From: Patescibacteria group bacterium
Lineage (GTDB): Bacteria > Patescibacteriota > Minisyncoccia > UBA6257 > HR35
Length of the DNA stretch: 47,462 nucleotides
Reading direction: 5' to 3'
NCBI GenBank assembly: GCA_030549895.1
Contig: JAUQQM010000004.1
Coordinates: forward strand, 1 to 47,462
The position numbers and the translations under genes are program-made. This document shows, piece after piece, positions 16,095 through 24,691 of the stretch (positions within the stretch are counted from its first letter, which is position 1; every line of letters begins with the position of its first letter). The notes beneath the pieces are model-generated. The model searched no databases, was not told the origin of the DNA, and saw only the letters and a list, made by a program, of their open reading frames with translations.

Positions 16095-18881
16095 ATGAAA
16101 AAATATATTTGTCCAATGGGGTGTATTGAGCCACAGGAAGAGCCTGGTAATTGTCATGTCTGTGGAATGAAACTTGTTGAAGTTGAGGATGTTTCTAGCG
16201 AAAGTAGTATTCACATCAGTTCGCGAGAAAGTTCGAAGAATTTCACGGCTCAAAACAAACATCACTGTCACCGTGCTGAAGATTTTTTAAATAAATTTTG
16301 GCTTTCTTTAATTTTGACTATACCTATAATTCTTTATTCTGATGTTTTTCAAAAATTTACTGGAATAAAATTGCCATCTTTCGAGGGGATTCAATATTTA
16401 ATTTTAATTCTTGGCTCAATTATTTTTTTCTATGGTGGCTTTGTTTTTCTTGTTGGTGCTTATCGAGAAATTAAGGCTAAAAATTCTGGTATGATGACTT
16501 TGATTGGTTTAGCCATATCTTGTGCATATGTTTATAGTGTTTTTGCTGTTTTATTTAAAATTGGGCGTGAATTTTTCTGGGAACTTACGAGTTTAATTAC
16601 GATTATGCTTTTAGGACATTATTTTGAAATGAGATCAGTTTCTTCGGCTCAAAGAGCACTGCAGGAAATTGAAAAATTATTACCAGATATCGCTGAGAGA
16701 ATTATTATGTCGCGAACAGTTACGAACCACTCGCGAACCTCTGCGAACAAAAATAAAGAAATTTTATATAAAGATCTTAGCTACAAAATTGTTGGTTTAT
16801 TATTCAAGATAAAGAGAGAATTGGGTCTAGGCCATAAAGAAAAAATATATGCTAATGCTTTCGAAATAGAACTTAAAAACAGTGGAATAAATTTTGAAAG
16901 AGAAAAAGAGATACAGTTAATTTACAACGATAATGTAGTTGGAAAATATAAACCAAATTTTATAATTGAAGATAAAGTAATAATAGAATTTAAAGCATTA
17001 CCTTTAGTCACAAAAAGAGATAAAAAACAAATATGGCATTATCTTAGAGGGACTAAATATACATTAGCACTTTTAGTAAATTTTGGTAAAAAAGATGTAG
17101 AGATATATAGGATAGTACATTCTAATAAAGGTACACATCCTTCAAATGATATTTACGTGAGTTCGCAGAATGGTTCGCATATTAGTTCGCAAGATCGTTC
17201 GCAAGAGTTCGCAACTGAAAATAATGTTCGCAATAGTTCGCGAGAAAGTTCGCAAGAGTTCGCGACTGAAATTATAAAACTCGAAGAACTTAAAGTAGGC
17301 GATATAGTTTTAGTAAGACCTGGAGGAAAAATTCCCACTGATGGAGTTGTTATTGAAGGGAAATCAGAAGTTAATGAAAGTATGATTACTGGTGAAAGTA
17401 AGCCAGTTTTGAAAGAAATAGGTTCAGAAGTTATTGCTGGAACAATTAATGGTGATGGAATGTTGAAAATTAAAGTAACAAAAATTGGTGAAGAGACATT
17501 TTTAGCGGGGATCAAAAGATTAATTAAAGAAGCTCAAGCCTCAAAATCAAAACTTCAGGTTTTAGCTGATGTTTTTGCTAAATATTTAACATTTATCGCT
17601 ATTTTTATTGGTCTTTTAAGTTTTACTCTTTGGCTTTTGGTTAAAAAAGATTTTGCTTTTGCTTTAGAAAGATTAGTTACTATTTTGATTATTGCTTGTC
17701 CTCATGCTTTAGGTTTAGCTATTCCTCTTGTTGTTGCTATTTCAACATCTTTAGCAATTCATAATGGATTTTTAATTAGAAATAGACTCCAACTTGAACT
17801 TGCAAGAAAAATAGATATTGTTTTATTTGATAAAACTGGAACCTTAACTTCAGGAAAATTTAAAGTGAAAAAGATATTAACACAAATCAGTTCGCGAGAG
17901 GGTTCGCATATTAGTTCGCGAGAAGGTTCGCAAGAATTAACGATCCTCCAACTTGCAGCTTCTTTAAGTCAATATTCTTCTCATTTTATCTCTCAAGGAA
18001 TTTTAGAAAAAGCAAAAGAAGTTAGTCGCGAACTTTCGCAAATTTTACCGCAAACAGATGCGAACATTAATGGATTGGAGTTTTTAAAAGTTGAAGATTT
18101 TGAAAATTTACCTGGAAGGGGAGTGAAAGGAAGAATTGGGGGTAAGCTTTATTATTTGGGTGGTGATAATTTATTAAAAGAATTAGGTATTGAAAAACCA
18201 CAAATTACAATAAATAATAATGTTCGCAATAGTTCGCAAGAAAGTTCGCAAGATCGTTCGCAGGAGTTCGCGACTGATATTGTCGGAACGATAGTTTATT
18301 TAATTGAAGAGAAAAATATTTTAGGAGCAATTATTTTGGAAGATGAAATTAGAAAAGAATCTTTTGAAGCAGTTAAGGGGCTTCATAAATTAGGTGTTAG
18401 AGTTTTGATGATAACTGGTGATAAAAAAGAGATTGCTGAGAAAGTTTCAAAAGAGCTTGAAATCGATGAATATTTTGCTGAAGTTTTACCAGAAGATAAA
18501 GTAAATAAAGTTAAAGAACTTCAAAAGCGTGGCTTTAAAGTAATGATGGTTGGAGATGGAATTAATGATGCGCCAGCACTTATGCAAGCTGATGTTGGAG
18601 TTGCTATTGGCGCTGGAACAAATGTTGCCATTGAATCAGCAGGAATAATTTTAGTAAAGAATGATCCGAGAGACATTATTAAGATAATTGAACTTTCAAG
18701 AAAAACTTATCAAAAAATGATAGAAAATTTATTTTGGGCAACTGGTTATAATATTGTTGCTCTTCCTCTTGCTGCTGGGATTTTAGCTTTTAAAGGGATT
18801 TTACTTTCTCCAGCCTTAGGTGCAATTTTTATGAGTTTATCTACAATTATTGTTGCCTTAAATGCTTTAAGGTTAAGTTAA
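16095..18881 (+). CDS. copper-translocating P1B-type ATPase (CPH/CopB-like) with in-frame GxxExxY domain and repeat insertions
   Basis: N-terminal YICPM...CHVCGMKL; TGES, IACPHALGLAIP, FDKTGTLT, TGD, GDGINDAP, YN, MSLST; 928 aa, lengthened by insertions. Confidence 0.95.
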   Translation: MKKYICPMGCIEPQEEPGNCHVCGMKLVEVEDVSSESSIHISSRESSKNFTAQNKHHCHRAEDFLNKFWLSLILTIPIILYSDVFQKFTGIKLPSFEGIQYLILILGSIIFFYGGFVFLVGAYREIKAKNSGMMTLIGLAISCAYVYSVFAVLFKIGREFFWELTSLITIMLLGHYFEMRSVSSAQRALQEIEKLLPDIAERIIMSRTVTNHSRTSANKNKEILYKDLSYKIVGLLFKIKRELGLGHKEKIYANAFEIELKNSGINFEREKEIQLIYNDNVVGKYKPNFIIEDKVIIEFKALPLVTKRDKKQIWHYLRGTKYTLALLVNFGKKDVEIYRIVHSNKGTHPSNDIYVSSQNGSHISSQDRSQEFATENNVRNSSRESSQEFATEIIKLEELKVGDIVLVRPGGKIPTDGVVIEGKSEVNESMITGESKPVLKEIGSEVIAGTINGDGMLKIKVTKIGEETFLAGIKRLIKEAQASKSKLQVLADVFAKYLTFIAIFIGLLSFTLWLLVKKDFAFALERLVTILIIACPHALGLAIPLVVAISTSLAIHNGFLIRNRLQLELARKIDIVLFDKTGTLTSGKFKVKKILTQISSREGSHISSREGSQELTILQLAASLSQYSSHFISQGILEKAKEVSRELSQILPQTDANINGLEFLKVEDFENLPGRGVKGRIGGKLYYLGGDNLLKELGIEKPQITINNNVRNSSQESSQDRSQEFATDIVGTIVYLIEEKNILGAIILEDEIRKESFEAVKGLHKLGVRVLMITGDKKEIAEKVSKELEIDEYFAEVLPEDKVNKVKELQKRGFKVMMVGDGINDAPALMQADVGVAIGAGTNVAIESAGIILVKNDPRDIIKIIELSRKTYQKMIENLFWATGYNIVALPLAAGILAFKGILLSPALGAIFMSLSTIIVALNALRLS
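16212..16247 (+). repeat. GTTCGC micro-repeat array, in frame (HISSRESSKNFT)
   Basis: cacatcaGTTCGCgagaaaGTTCGaagaatttcacg. Confidence 0.7.
16707..17267 (+). mobile_element. about 561-bp in-frame insertion: GxxExxY nuclease-like domain (~16761-17120) flanked by inverted GCGAAC/GTTCGC arrays
   Basis: LSYKIVG...ELGLGHKEKIY...VIIEFKA...QIWHYL...LLVNFG; terminal IR GTCGCGAAC (16709) / GTTCGCGAC (17258); nine GTTCGC copies in 17155-17267; interrupts PDIAERII / EIIKLEELKVGD. Confidence 0.8.
17886..17940 (+). repeat. GTTCGC array (4 copies), in frame (ISSREGSHISSREGSQEL)
   Basis: Read directly from the sequence. Confidence 0.9.
18024..18069 (-). repeat. reverse-orientation (GCGAAC) array, in frame (SRELSQILPQTDANI)
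   Basis: AGTCGCGAACT...TGCGAACATTA; both ends are perfect 11-bp reverse complements of the ends of 18218-18275. Confidence 0.85.
18218..18275 (+). repeat. GTTCGC array (5 copies), in frame (NVRNSSQESSQDRSQEFAT)
   Basis: Near copy of 17222-17267 with one extra unit. Confidence 0.9.
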
Positions 18882-19074
18882 GATGTAGCAAAATTTTTCT
18901 ATTACTTGGAAAGAATAATTAAGAAATTTGCTAATCACTAAAAATAGGATTTATAGCTTATTACTGACTTTCATTTTATATTATTTTTGAAACAGCAGGT
19001 AAAAAGGAAATTAAATGATTTTTGTGGTGTCAACCAATAAAGTTATTTAAATCGTGTTATAATTTTATACGATT

Positions 19075-20895
19075 ATGTTAAAGATTTTTAAAAATAAAAT
19101 TTTTTTATTAGGAGTTGTTATTTTAATTTTTGGATATTTCATCTATAGAAATTTTTTATCTAATAAAAATCAAAATCTTTATACTCTTATTCAAGTTGGA
19201 AGGGGTGACATTACTATTGTAACAAGTGGTACTGGTTATGTTATAGCTGATAAAGAAATAGATATTAAGTCTGAGGTCAGTGGCAATGTTGATTTTGTTG
19301 GTTTTAAGGAAGGTGATTTTGTTAAAAAAAATAATTTAATTGTAAAACTTGATGATCGAGAAGCTCAAAAATTAGTAAGAAATGCTGAAATCAATCTTGA
19401 ATCAGCCAAACTTTCACTTGAAAAACTAAAACAACCAGTAGATACTTATACTTTGGTTCAGGCAGAAAATGCTTTATTAGCTGCTCAGCAAGTAAAACAA
19501 AAAGCCGAAGATGAACTAAAAAAATCTTATGAAGATGGCGTGAATATAATTACAAATGTTTTTTTAGATGTTAATTATATAATTAACGGCTTAAAAGATA
19601 TATTTTTTAAAAATAATATTGCTCCGAATTTTTATTTATACAATATTACTTGGTATGCTAATCAAACTTTAGATCGCGAACGAGCCGCTCAGTATGCAAA
19701 CGAAATTATTAAAGGTTATAATTTAGCTTTTTCAATTTATCTTGATAATTTTAAAAATTATGAAGAACTTTCCAGGTTTTCTGATTTTCAGACTATTGAG
19801 AATTTAATTTTAAAAACTTATGAAATGGTTAAAGTTGTTGCGGATGTTGTTAAAACTTCAAAAAATTTTGTTGATTTTGTGGTTAATTATATGAAAGATA
19901 AAGACCTCGAAATTCCATCTCTTGTTTTAAATCATCAAATTAATCTTGAGTCTTTTACTTTGAAAATCAATAATAATCTTTCAAGTTTATTAAATATTAA
20001 AACAGCAATTCAAACAAATAAAGATAATGTAATCAGCGCTGAGAGATCTGTTATTGAAAAAAGCGAATATCTTCAAAAACTAAAAAAAGGACCAGACGAG
20101 CTTGATTTAAAATCAGCTGAACTTTTAGTAAAGCAAAGAGAAAATGAACTTATGGACGCTAGAGAAAAGATAAATGATTATTATATTAGAGCTCCATTTG
20201 ATGGAGTTATTACAAAGATTAACGTAAAAAGCGGAGACTCTATAGAAAGTGGAAAAGTAGTAGCTACTTTATCTACTAATAAAAAAATAGCTGAAATTGT
20301 TTTAAATGAGGTTGATGTTACTAAAGTTAATATTAATGATGAGGCTTTTTTAACTTTCGACGCTTTACCAGAAGTTAGGTTAAAAGGTAAGGTAGTTTCC
20401 ATAAATCCAGCTGGCGAAATTTCTCAGGGAGTAGTTAGTTATAAAATTAAAATTGCTTTTGAAAATAACCCTCAGGTAAAAATAGGAATGACTGTTAATG
20501 CTGAAATAATTAATGAAAAAAAAGAAAATGTTTTAGTTGTTCCTAATCAAGCCGTTAAAAAATTTCAAGATAAAATATTTGTTGAAGTACCCGACGAAAG
20601 AGATTTAAATATTTTAAATAAAAAAATTTATAATTTAGAAAATTTTGGAATAAATAGTAATAAAAGAATAATTAGCCTTAATTTAAATTATCAGCCTAAA
20701 ATGAAATTTATTAAAACAGGTTTAAGCGATGAAAAAAATATTGAAGTTTTAGAAGGTTTAAAAGAAGGAGAATGGGTGATTATTAAGTCATCAATAATTA
20801 ATCAAAAGTCATCAAATAATGAAGAACAAGGATTTTTTCAAAGATTTTTCCCTCAGCCAAGGAGATTTATTCGTTCTCCTGGAATTAAACAATGA
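19075..20895 (+). CDS. efflux periplasmic adaptor subunit (MacA/HlyD-like) with long coiled coil
   Basis: N-terminal TM, lipoyl halves (SEVSGNV...EGDFVKK; IRAPFDGVI...GD), NEVDV, GMTVNAEI, VPNQAV, TGLSD...EVLEGL. Confidence 0.88.
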   Translation: MLKIFKNKIFLLGVVILIFGYFIYRNFLSNKNQNLYTLIQVGRGDITIVTSGTGYVIADKEIDIKSEVSGNVDFVGFKEGDFVKKNNLIVKLDDREAQKLVRNAEINLESAKLSLEKLKQPVDTYTLVQAENALLAAQQVKQKAEDELKKSYEDGVNIITNVFLDVNYIINGLKDIFFKNNIAPNFYLYNITWYANQTLDRERAAQYANEIIKGYNLAFSIYLDNFKNYEELSRFSDFQTIENLILKTYEMVKVVADVVKTSKNFVDFVVNYMKDKDLEIPSLVLNHQINLESFTLKINNNLSSLLNIKTAIQTNKDNVISAERSVIEKSEYLQKLKKGPDELDLKSAELLVKQRENELMDAREKINDYYIRAPFDGVITKINVKSGDSIESGKVVATLSTNKKIAEIVLNEVDVTKVNINDEAFLTFDALPEVRLKGKVVSINPAGEISQGVVSYKIKIAFENNPQVKIGMTVNAEIINEKKENVLVVPNQAVKKFQDKIFVEVPDERDLNILNKKIYNLENFGINSNKRIISLNLNYQPKMKFIKTGLSDEKNIEVLEGLKEGEWVIIKSSIINQKSSNNEEQGFFQRFFPQPRRFIRSPGIKQ

Positions 20896-21608
20896 TTGAA
20901 CTTAAAAATATAACTAAAGTTTATAAAACTGGTGAAGTAGAAACTACTGCTCTTAAAAATATAAATTTAAAAATTGAAAGAAGTGAATTTGTGGCGATAA
21001 TGGGACCTTCAGGTTCAGGGAAATCAACTTTAATGCATATTATTGGACTATTAGATAGGCCCACATCAGGAGAATACTTTTTAGAAGGGATTAATGTCAA
21101 TAGGTTAAGCGATAATGAACTTGCTAATTTGAGAAATAAAAAAATTGGTTTTGTTTTTCAAGCATTTTATCTTTTACCAAGAAAGAATGTTTTAGAAAAT
21201 GTAATTTTACCAACAATTTATAGTGGATTAGATCAAGAATTAAGAGAAAAAAAGGCTAAAAAAGCTTTAAAAGATTCTGCTTTTCCAGAAAATTTTATTT
21301 ATCATTATCCTAATCAACTTTCTGGAGGAATGATGCAAAGGGTTGCTATTGCTCGAGCTTTAGTTAATGATCCAGAAATAATTTTAGCTGATGAACCAAC
21401 AGGTAATTTAGATACTAAAACTGGTGAAGTCATTATGCATACCTTGCAAAAACTTAATTTAGAGAAAGGTATAACTATTGTTTTAATTACTCATGAAGAA
21501 TATATTGCTCAACATGCTGAAAAAATTATTAAAATAAGAGATGGAGAAATTATTGCTGAAGAAAAAGTAAAAAATAGAAAAATTTTATATTACAATAATG
21601 AAATTTAA
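20892..21608 (+). CDS. ABC transporter ATP-binding protein (MacB/LolD-like)
   Basis: [37 protein letters not shown]. Confidence 0.95.
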   Translation: MIELKNITKVYKTGEVETTALKNINLKIERSEFVAIMGPSGSGKSTLMHIIGLLDRPTSGEYFLEGINVNRLSDNELANLRNKKIGFVFQAFYLLPRKNVLENVILPTIYSGLDQELREKKAKKALKDSAFPENFIYHYPNQLSGGMMQRVAIARALVNDPEIILADEPTGNLDTKTGEVIMHTLQKLNLEKGITIVLITHEEYIAQHAEKIIKIRDGEIIAEEKVKNRKILYYNNEI

Positions 21609-22809
21609 TGATCTATTAAAAGAAAGCTTAAGTTCTTTAAAAGCAAACAAATTAAGGACAGGTCTTACAATGCTCGGTATTATAATTGGTGTTGCTTCTG
21701 TAATTTCTATGATTTCATTAGGTGAAGGTTCAAAAATTAGTATTCAAAGAAGTATTGAAAGTTTAGGATCAAATAATTTAATTGTTTTTCCAGGAATAGT
21801 TCAACCAGGGAGAGGTTTTATAGCTAGTGGTCGGGGTGGTGCCGAAGTTTTAAAAATAAAGGATGTTGAAGAACTTCGAAAAATTGAAAATATTATCGCG
21901 ATTTCACCAGAAATTCAAAGAAGATTTCAGATTGTTTCTGAAGTTGGAAATAATATAAATTCAACAGTTTTAGGAATTTCTTCTGATTTTTTTATTGTTA
22001 GGAATATTCAAATTGCTAATGGAGAAAAAATTTCTGAAGATAATGTAAAATCATTTTCTAGAGTAGCTGTTTTAGGAAGTAATATTACTAAAGATTTGTT
22101 TGGTGATATTAATCCTTTAGGAAAAAAAATTAGAATAAATAACTTAAGTTTTAGAGTAATTGGCGTAATGCAGCCTAAAGGATCGACTGGTTTTGTAAGT
22201 TATGATGATTTTATTTTAGTTCCCTACAGTGTAATGCAGAAACAATTAGCTGGTACTGAGTATTTTAATTCAATAGCAGTTAAGGTTGATAGCAAAGAAA
22301 ATATTGAAAAAGTTAGAGGAGAAATAGAAGAAAGATTGGTTAAACTTCATAATGTTTCTGAACCAGACTTTTCAATTTTTTCTCAAGAGGATATTCTAAG
22401 TACTCTAACTTCAGTTATTAATACTTTTACGATTTTTCTTTCTTTTATTGCCGGAATTTCGTTAGTTGTTGGTGGAATCGGAATTATGAATATGATGTTA
22501 ACTAGCGTGACCGAAAGGACAAGAGAAATTGGTTTAAGAAAAGCGATTGGAGCAAAAAGGAATGATATTTTAAAACAAATTCTTTTAGAATCTATTTTTA
22601 TAACATTAATTGGTGGTTTAGTTGGTATTATTTTAGGTTCAACTATAACTTTTGTAGTTGGTAAAATTGCTAATATTAATATTTTAATTTCCATTAAAGC
22701 TATTTTAATTTCTGTTTTTATTTCAACCTTAATAGGAATGATTTTTGGTTATTATCCTGCCAAGAAAGCAAGTAATTTAGATCCAATTGAGGCATTAAAG
22801 TATGAATAA
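21598..22809 (+). CDS. ABC transporter permease (MacB/FtsX-like)
   Basis: LTMLGIIIGV, GGIGIMNMML..V.ERTREIGLRKAIGA, YPA..A..LDPIEALKYE. Confidence 0.95.
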   Translation: MKFNDLLKESLSSLKANKLRTGLTMLGIIIGVASVISMISLGEGSKISIQRSIESLGSNNLIVFPGIVQPGRGFIASGRGGAEVLKIKDVEELRKIENIIAISPEIQRRFQIVSEVGNNINSTVLGISSDFFIVRNIQIANGEKISEDNVKSFSRVAVLGSNITKDLFGDINPLGKKIRINNLSFRVIGVMQPKGSTGFVSYDDFILVPYSVMQKQLAGTEYFNSIAVKVDSKENIEKVRGEIEERLVKLHNVSEPDFSIFSQEDILSTLTSVINTFTIFLSFIAGISLVVGGIGIMNMMLTSVTERTREIGLRKAIGAKRNDILKQILLESIFITLIGGLVGIILGSTITFVVGKIANINILISIKAILISVFISTLIGMIFGYYPAKKASNLDPIEALKYE

Positions 22810-22810
22810 A

Positions 22811-22905
22811 ATGATTTTAGTTTATATTACTAGTCTTAATTAAAGGACGGCCTTTAAGATTAGTTATTATCTATTAAAAAATTAATTGGTTGCGCAAATA
22901 TTTTT
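22811..22905 (+). pseudogene. cutA (divalent-cation tolerance) N-terminal relic
   Basis: MILVYITSLN*RTAFKISYYLLK / LIGCANIF, with one stop and one frameshift; matches the CutA pattern VYIT...A..I...LL...L..CANIF. Confidence 0.6.
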
Positions 22906-22947
22906 AATGAATACTTAAAATATCTTCTTCAAGATTTAGGATAATTT

Positions 22948-24459
22948 TTAGGTTAAATAATTTTCAATTTTTTGAATATAGTTATTGAGTTTTGTAATTG
23001 AAATTCTTTCAAACTTTTCAGTTAACATATCAAAAGCTGTCTTTGGAAAAACATTTTTATACTTTATATCTTCTCCATAAAGATTCTTTTCTTTAATATT
23101 TTGCCAGAAAATTGGTATTGAAAGTTTATTAAGATTATCTATTTCATATTGGATAATTTTTCTAAAATAACTTTTGTGATAATTATAGTGAAATCTTTTA
23201 CTGTTTTCTTTTAAGGCTTTTTTTAGTCTGAGATTAAATTTTTTAAGAGGAAAGTTAATTGGTTGAAGTATGTGTTGAATTAAAATAGAATAAAATGAAG
23301 TTTTTCTAAGAATAACTCTTGAAAATATCGGATCTTTTTGTTCGTCGATCATTTTTAAAATAAAATGCCTATTTTTTAAAATCCATAAGTAACTTTCTTT
23401 AAATCCTTTTATTATCTGCTTTTTAAAATTTTTTGGATTCCATAATGTTTTTTCATTTTTAAAGATTCTATTATGGGGTTGCATTTTACTAAATGTTCTA
23501 TATTTTAATCTCATTCTATCTGTAAACTTATAAAGAACTACTGGCTGAGTTAGACTAATTAATTTTTTATTGCCACCGTAGATAGCACTTGTTAAATTTT
23601 TAGATTTTGGCCTTTCAATAAAACCTGTTGAAAGTAAACTATTTGCTAAATTTTTGTTTCTATAAAGACTATAATTTGTAAAAATAGTTTCTGTGTCTAA
23701 GATAATTGGATTTGATCGAAAAGCAATAATATTTTCCATATGAAAATCAGAGCCATTTAAGGCGAAAACTAATCCAAAAAGATTACCAAGACTTTCATAA
23801 AATAATTTTGCTTCATTTTTGTTTATATTTTTATTTTTTAAAGGTATAAATTCACAAATCCATAAATCATCTATGTTTATGCTTTTAGGATTTTTTAAAT
23901 TTTTGTAGAGATCTTTATTAAATTTTTCTAAGATATAACTAAAAATAGGTTGATAACTAAAAACGTGAGGTTTAATTTTTAGATACTTTTTATTTTCAAA
24001 TTTTAGAAAAATTGTTCTTTTTCCTTTAGTGTGTCTATCACTTGCCTGAGGATAGATGAAAAATAGTAATTTAGAGCGTAATTTAAAAAATCTTTCGATT
24101 TTAGACCAATTTTCATCAAGTTTATTAAAAATGTCTAAGAAGAAATTTTTTTCTTCCTGTAGATATCCTTCGATTATTTTATCGATTTCTGGATAAAGAT
24201 GAAATAAATTATCTTTTCTTAAGTTAATAAAATTTTTAAATCTTTCATAAGAATTTTTACCTTTTATTAAACAATTACTTTTATCTAAATAAAGCTGCCA
24301 ACAAAAAGTAGGGAGAGTTATATTTTCTAAGTTTTTGGTTAGATTTTCTAAAAAATGGTTAATAAAAAAATTCGCATCTTTTATTATTTTCGATTTTATA
24401 GACCTTTTTAATTCGTTTTTTAAAGTTTCGAGACGATCCCTATAAAATACCTTAAGCAT
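22948..24459 (-). CDS. stand-alone LanM N-terminal dehydratase/kinase domain protein (DUF4135)
   Basis: SDRH..GK.T..LKF...KIKP, CEFI, FY..LG.L.G...ALNGSDFHMENIIA...PIILDTETIF, SLLSTG, RVILRKT..Y, E...L....IPIF. Ends at 503 aa with no LanC cyclase domain. Confidence 0.85.
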   Translation of the reverse strand: MLKVFYRDRLETLKNELKRSIKSKIIKDANFFINHFLENLTKNLENITLPTFCWQLYLDKSNCLIKGKNSYERFKNFINLRKDNLFHLYPEIDKIIEGYLQEEKNFFLDIFNKLDENWSKIERFFKLRSKLLFFIYPQASDRHTKGKRTIFLKFENKKYLKIKPHVFSYQPIFSYILEKFNKDLYKNLKNPKSINIDDLWICEFIPLKNKNINKNEAKLFYESLGNLFGLVFALNGSDFHMENIIAFRSNPIILDTETIFTNYSLYRNKNLANSLLSTGFIERPKSKNLTSAIYGGNKKLISLTQPVVLYKFTDRMRLKYRTFSKMQPHNRIFKNEKTLWNPKNFKKQIIKGFKESYLWILKNRHFILKMIDEQKDPIFSRVILRKTSFYSILIQHILQPINFPLKKFNLRLKKALKENSKRFHYNYHKSYFRKIIQYEIDNLNKLSIPIFWQNIKEKNLYGEDIKYKNVFPKTAFDMLTEKFERISITKLNNYIQKIENYLT

Positions 24460-24469
24460 CCTTATTCAG

Positions 24470-24649
24470 TTAGATAGTGCTTCTACAAGTACCTGTGGCG
24501 CAACACTTTGTTGAGTTAAATACTGCTAATTTCTCTAATTTTCTTACTGTTGTCCAATTTATTTCATTATAACCTGTAGGATGAAAACCGTTATACTTTT
24601 TTCCTTTAAGCCATTCTTTTATGGCTACTTTTAATTTTGTTTTCTTCAT
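24470..24649 (-). CDS. putative RiPP (class II lanthipeptide-like) precursor, 59 aa
   Basis: MKKTKLKVAIKEWLKGKKYNGFHPTGYNEINWTTVRKLEKLAVFNSTKCCATGTCRSTI*; leader W...HPxG..EI; Ser/Thr/Cys-rich C-terminus; 10 nt upstream of the DUF4135 gene; TGaTATAAT 9 nt before ATG. Confidence 0.8.
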   Translation of the reverse strand: MKKTKLKVAIKEWLKGKKYNGFHPTGYNEINWTTVRKLEKLAVFNSTKCCATGTCRSTI

Positions 24650-24691
24650 GTTTACTAAATTATATCATAAGATTATGCTACAATATATTTT

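Noticed and set aside
17155-17267. GTTCGC arrays as a CRISPR array
   Set aside because: The 6-bp core with 4-6-nt spacers is far too short, lies inside a CDS, and no cas operon is present.
16707-17267. Insertion as an intein or IS element
   Set aside because: No Cys/Ser start with His-Asn end, no LAGLIDADG/HNH or transposase motifs, and no clear target-site duplication.
18930-18946. gctaatcactaaaaata as a fourth copy of the 18-bp repeat
   Set aside because: Only TCACTAAAA matches, which is expected by chance in AT-rich DNA.
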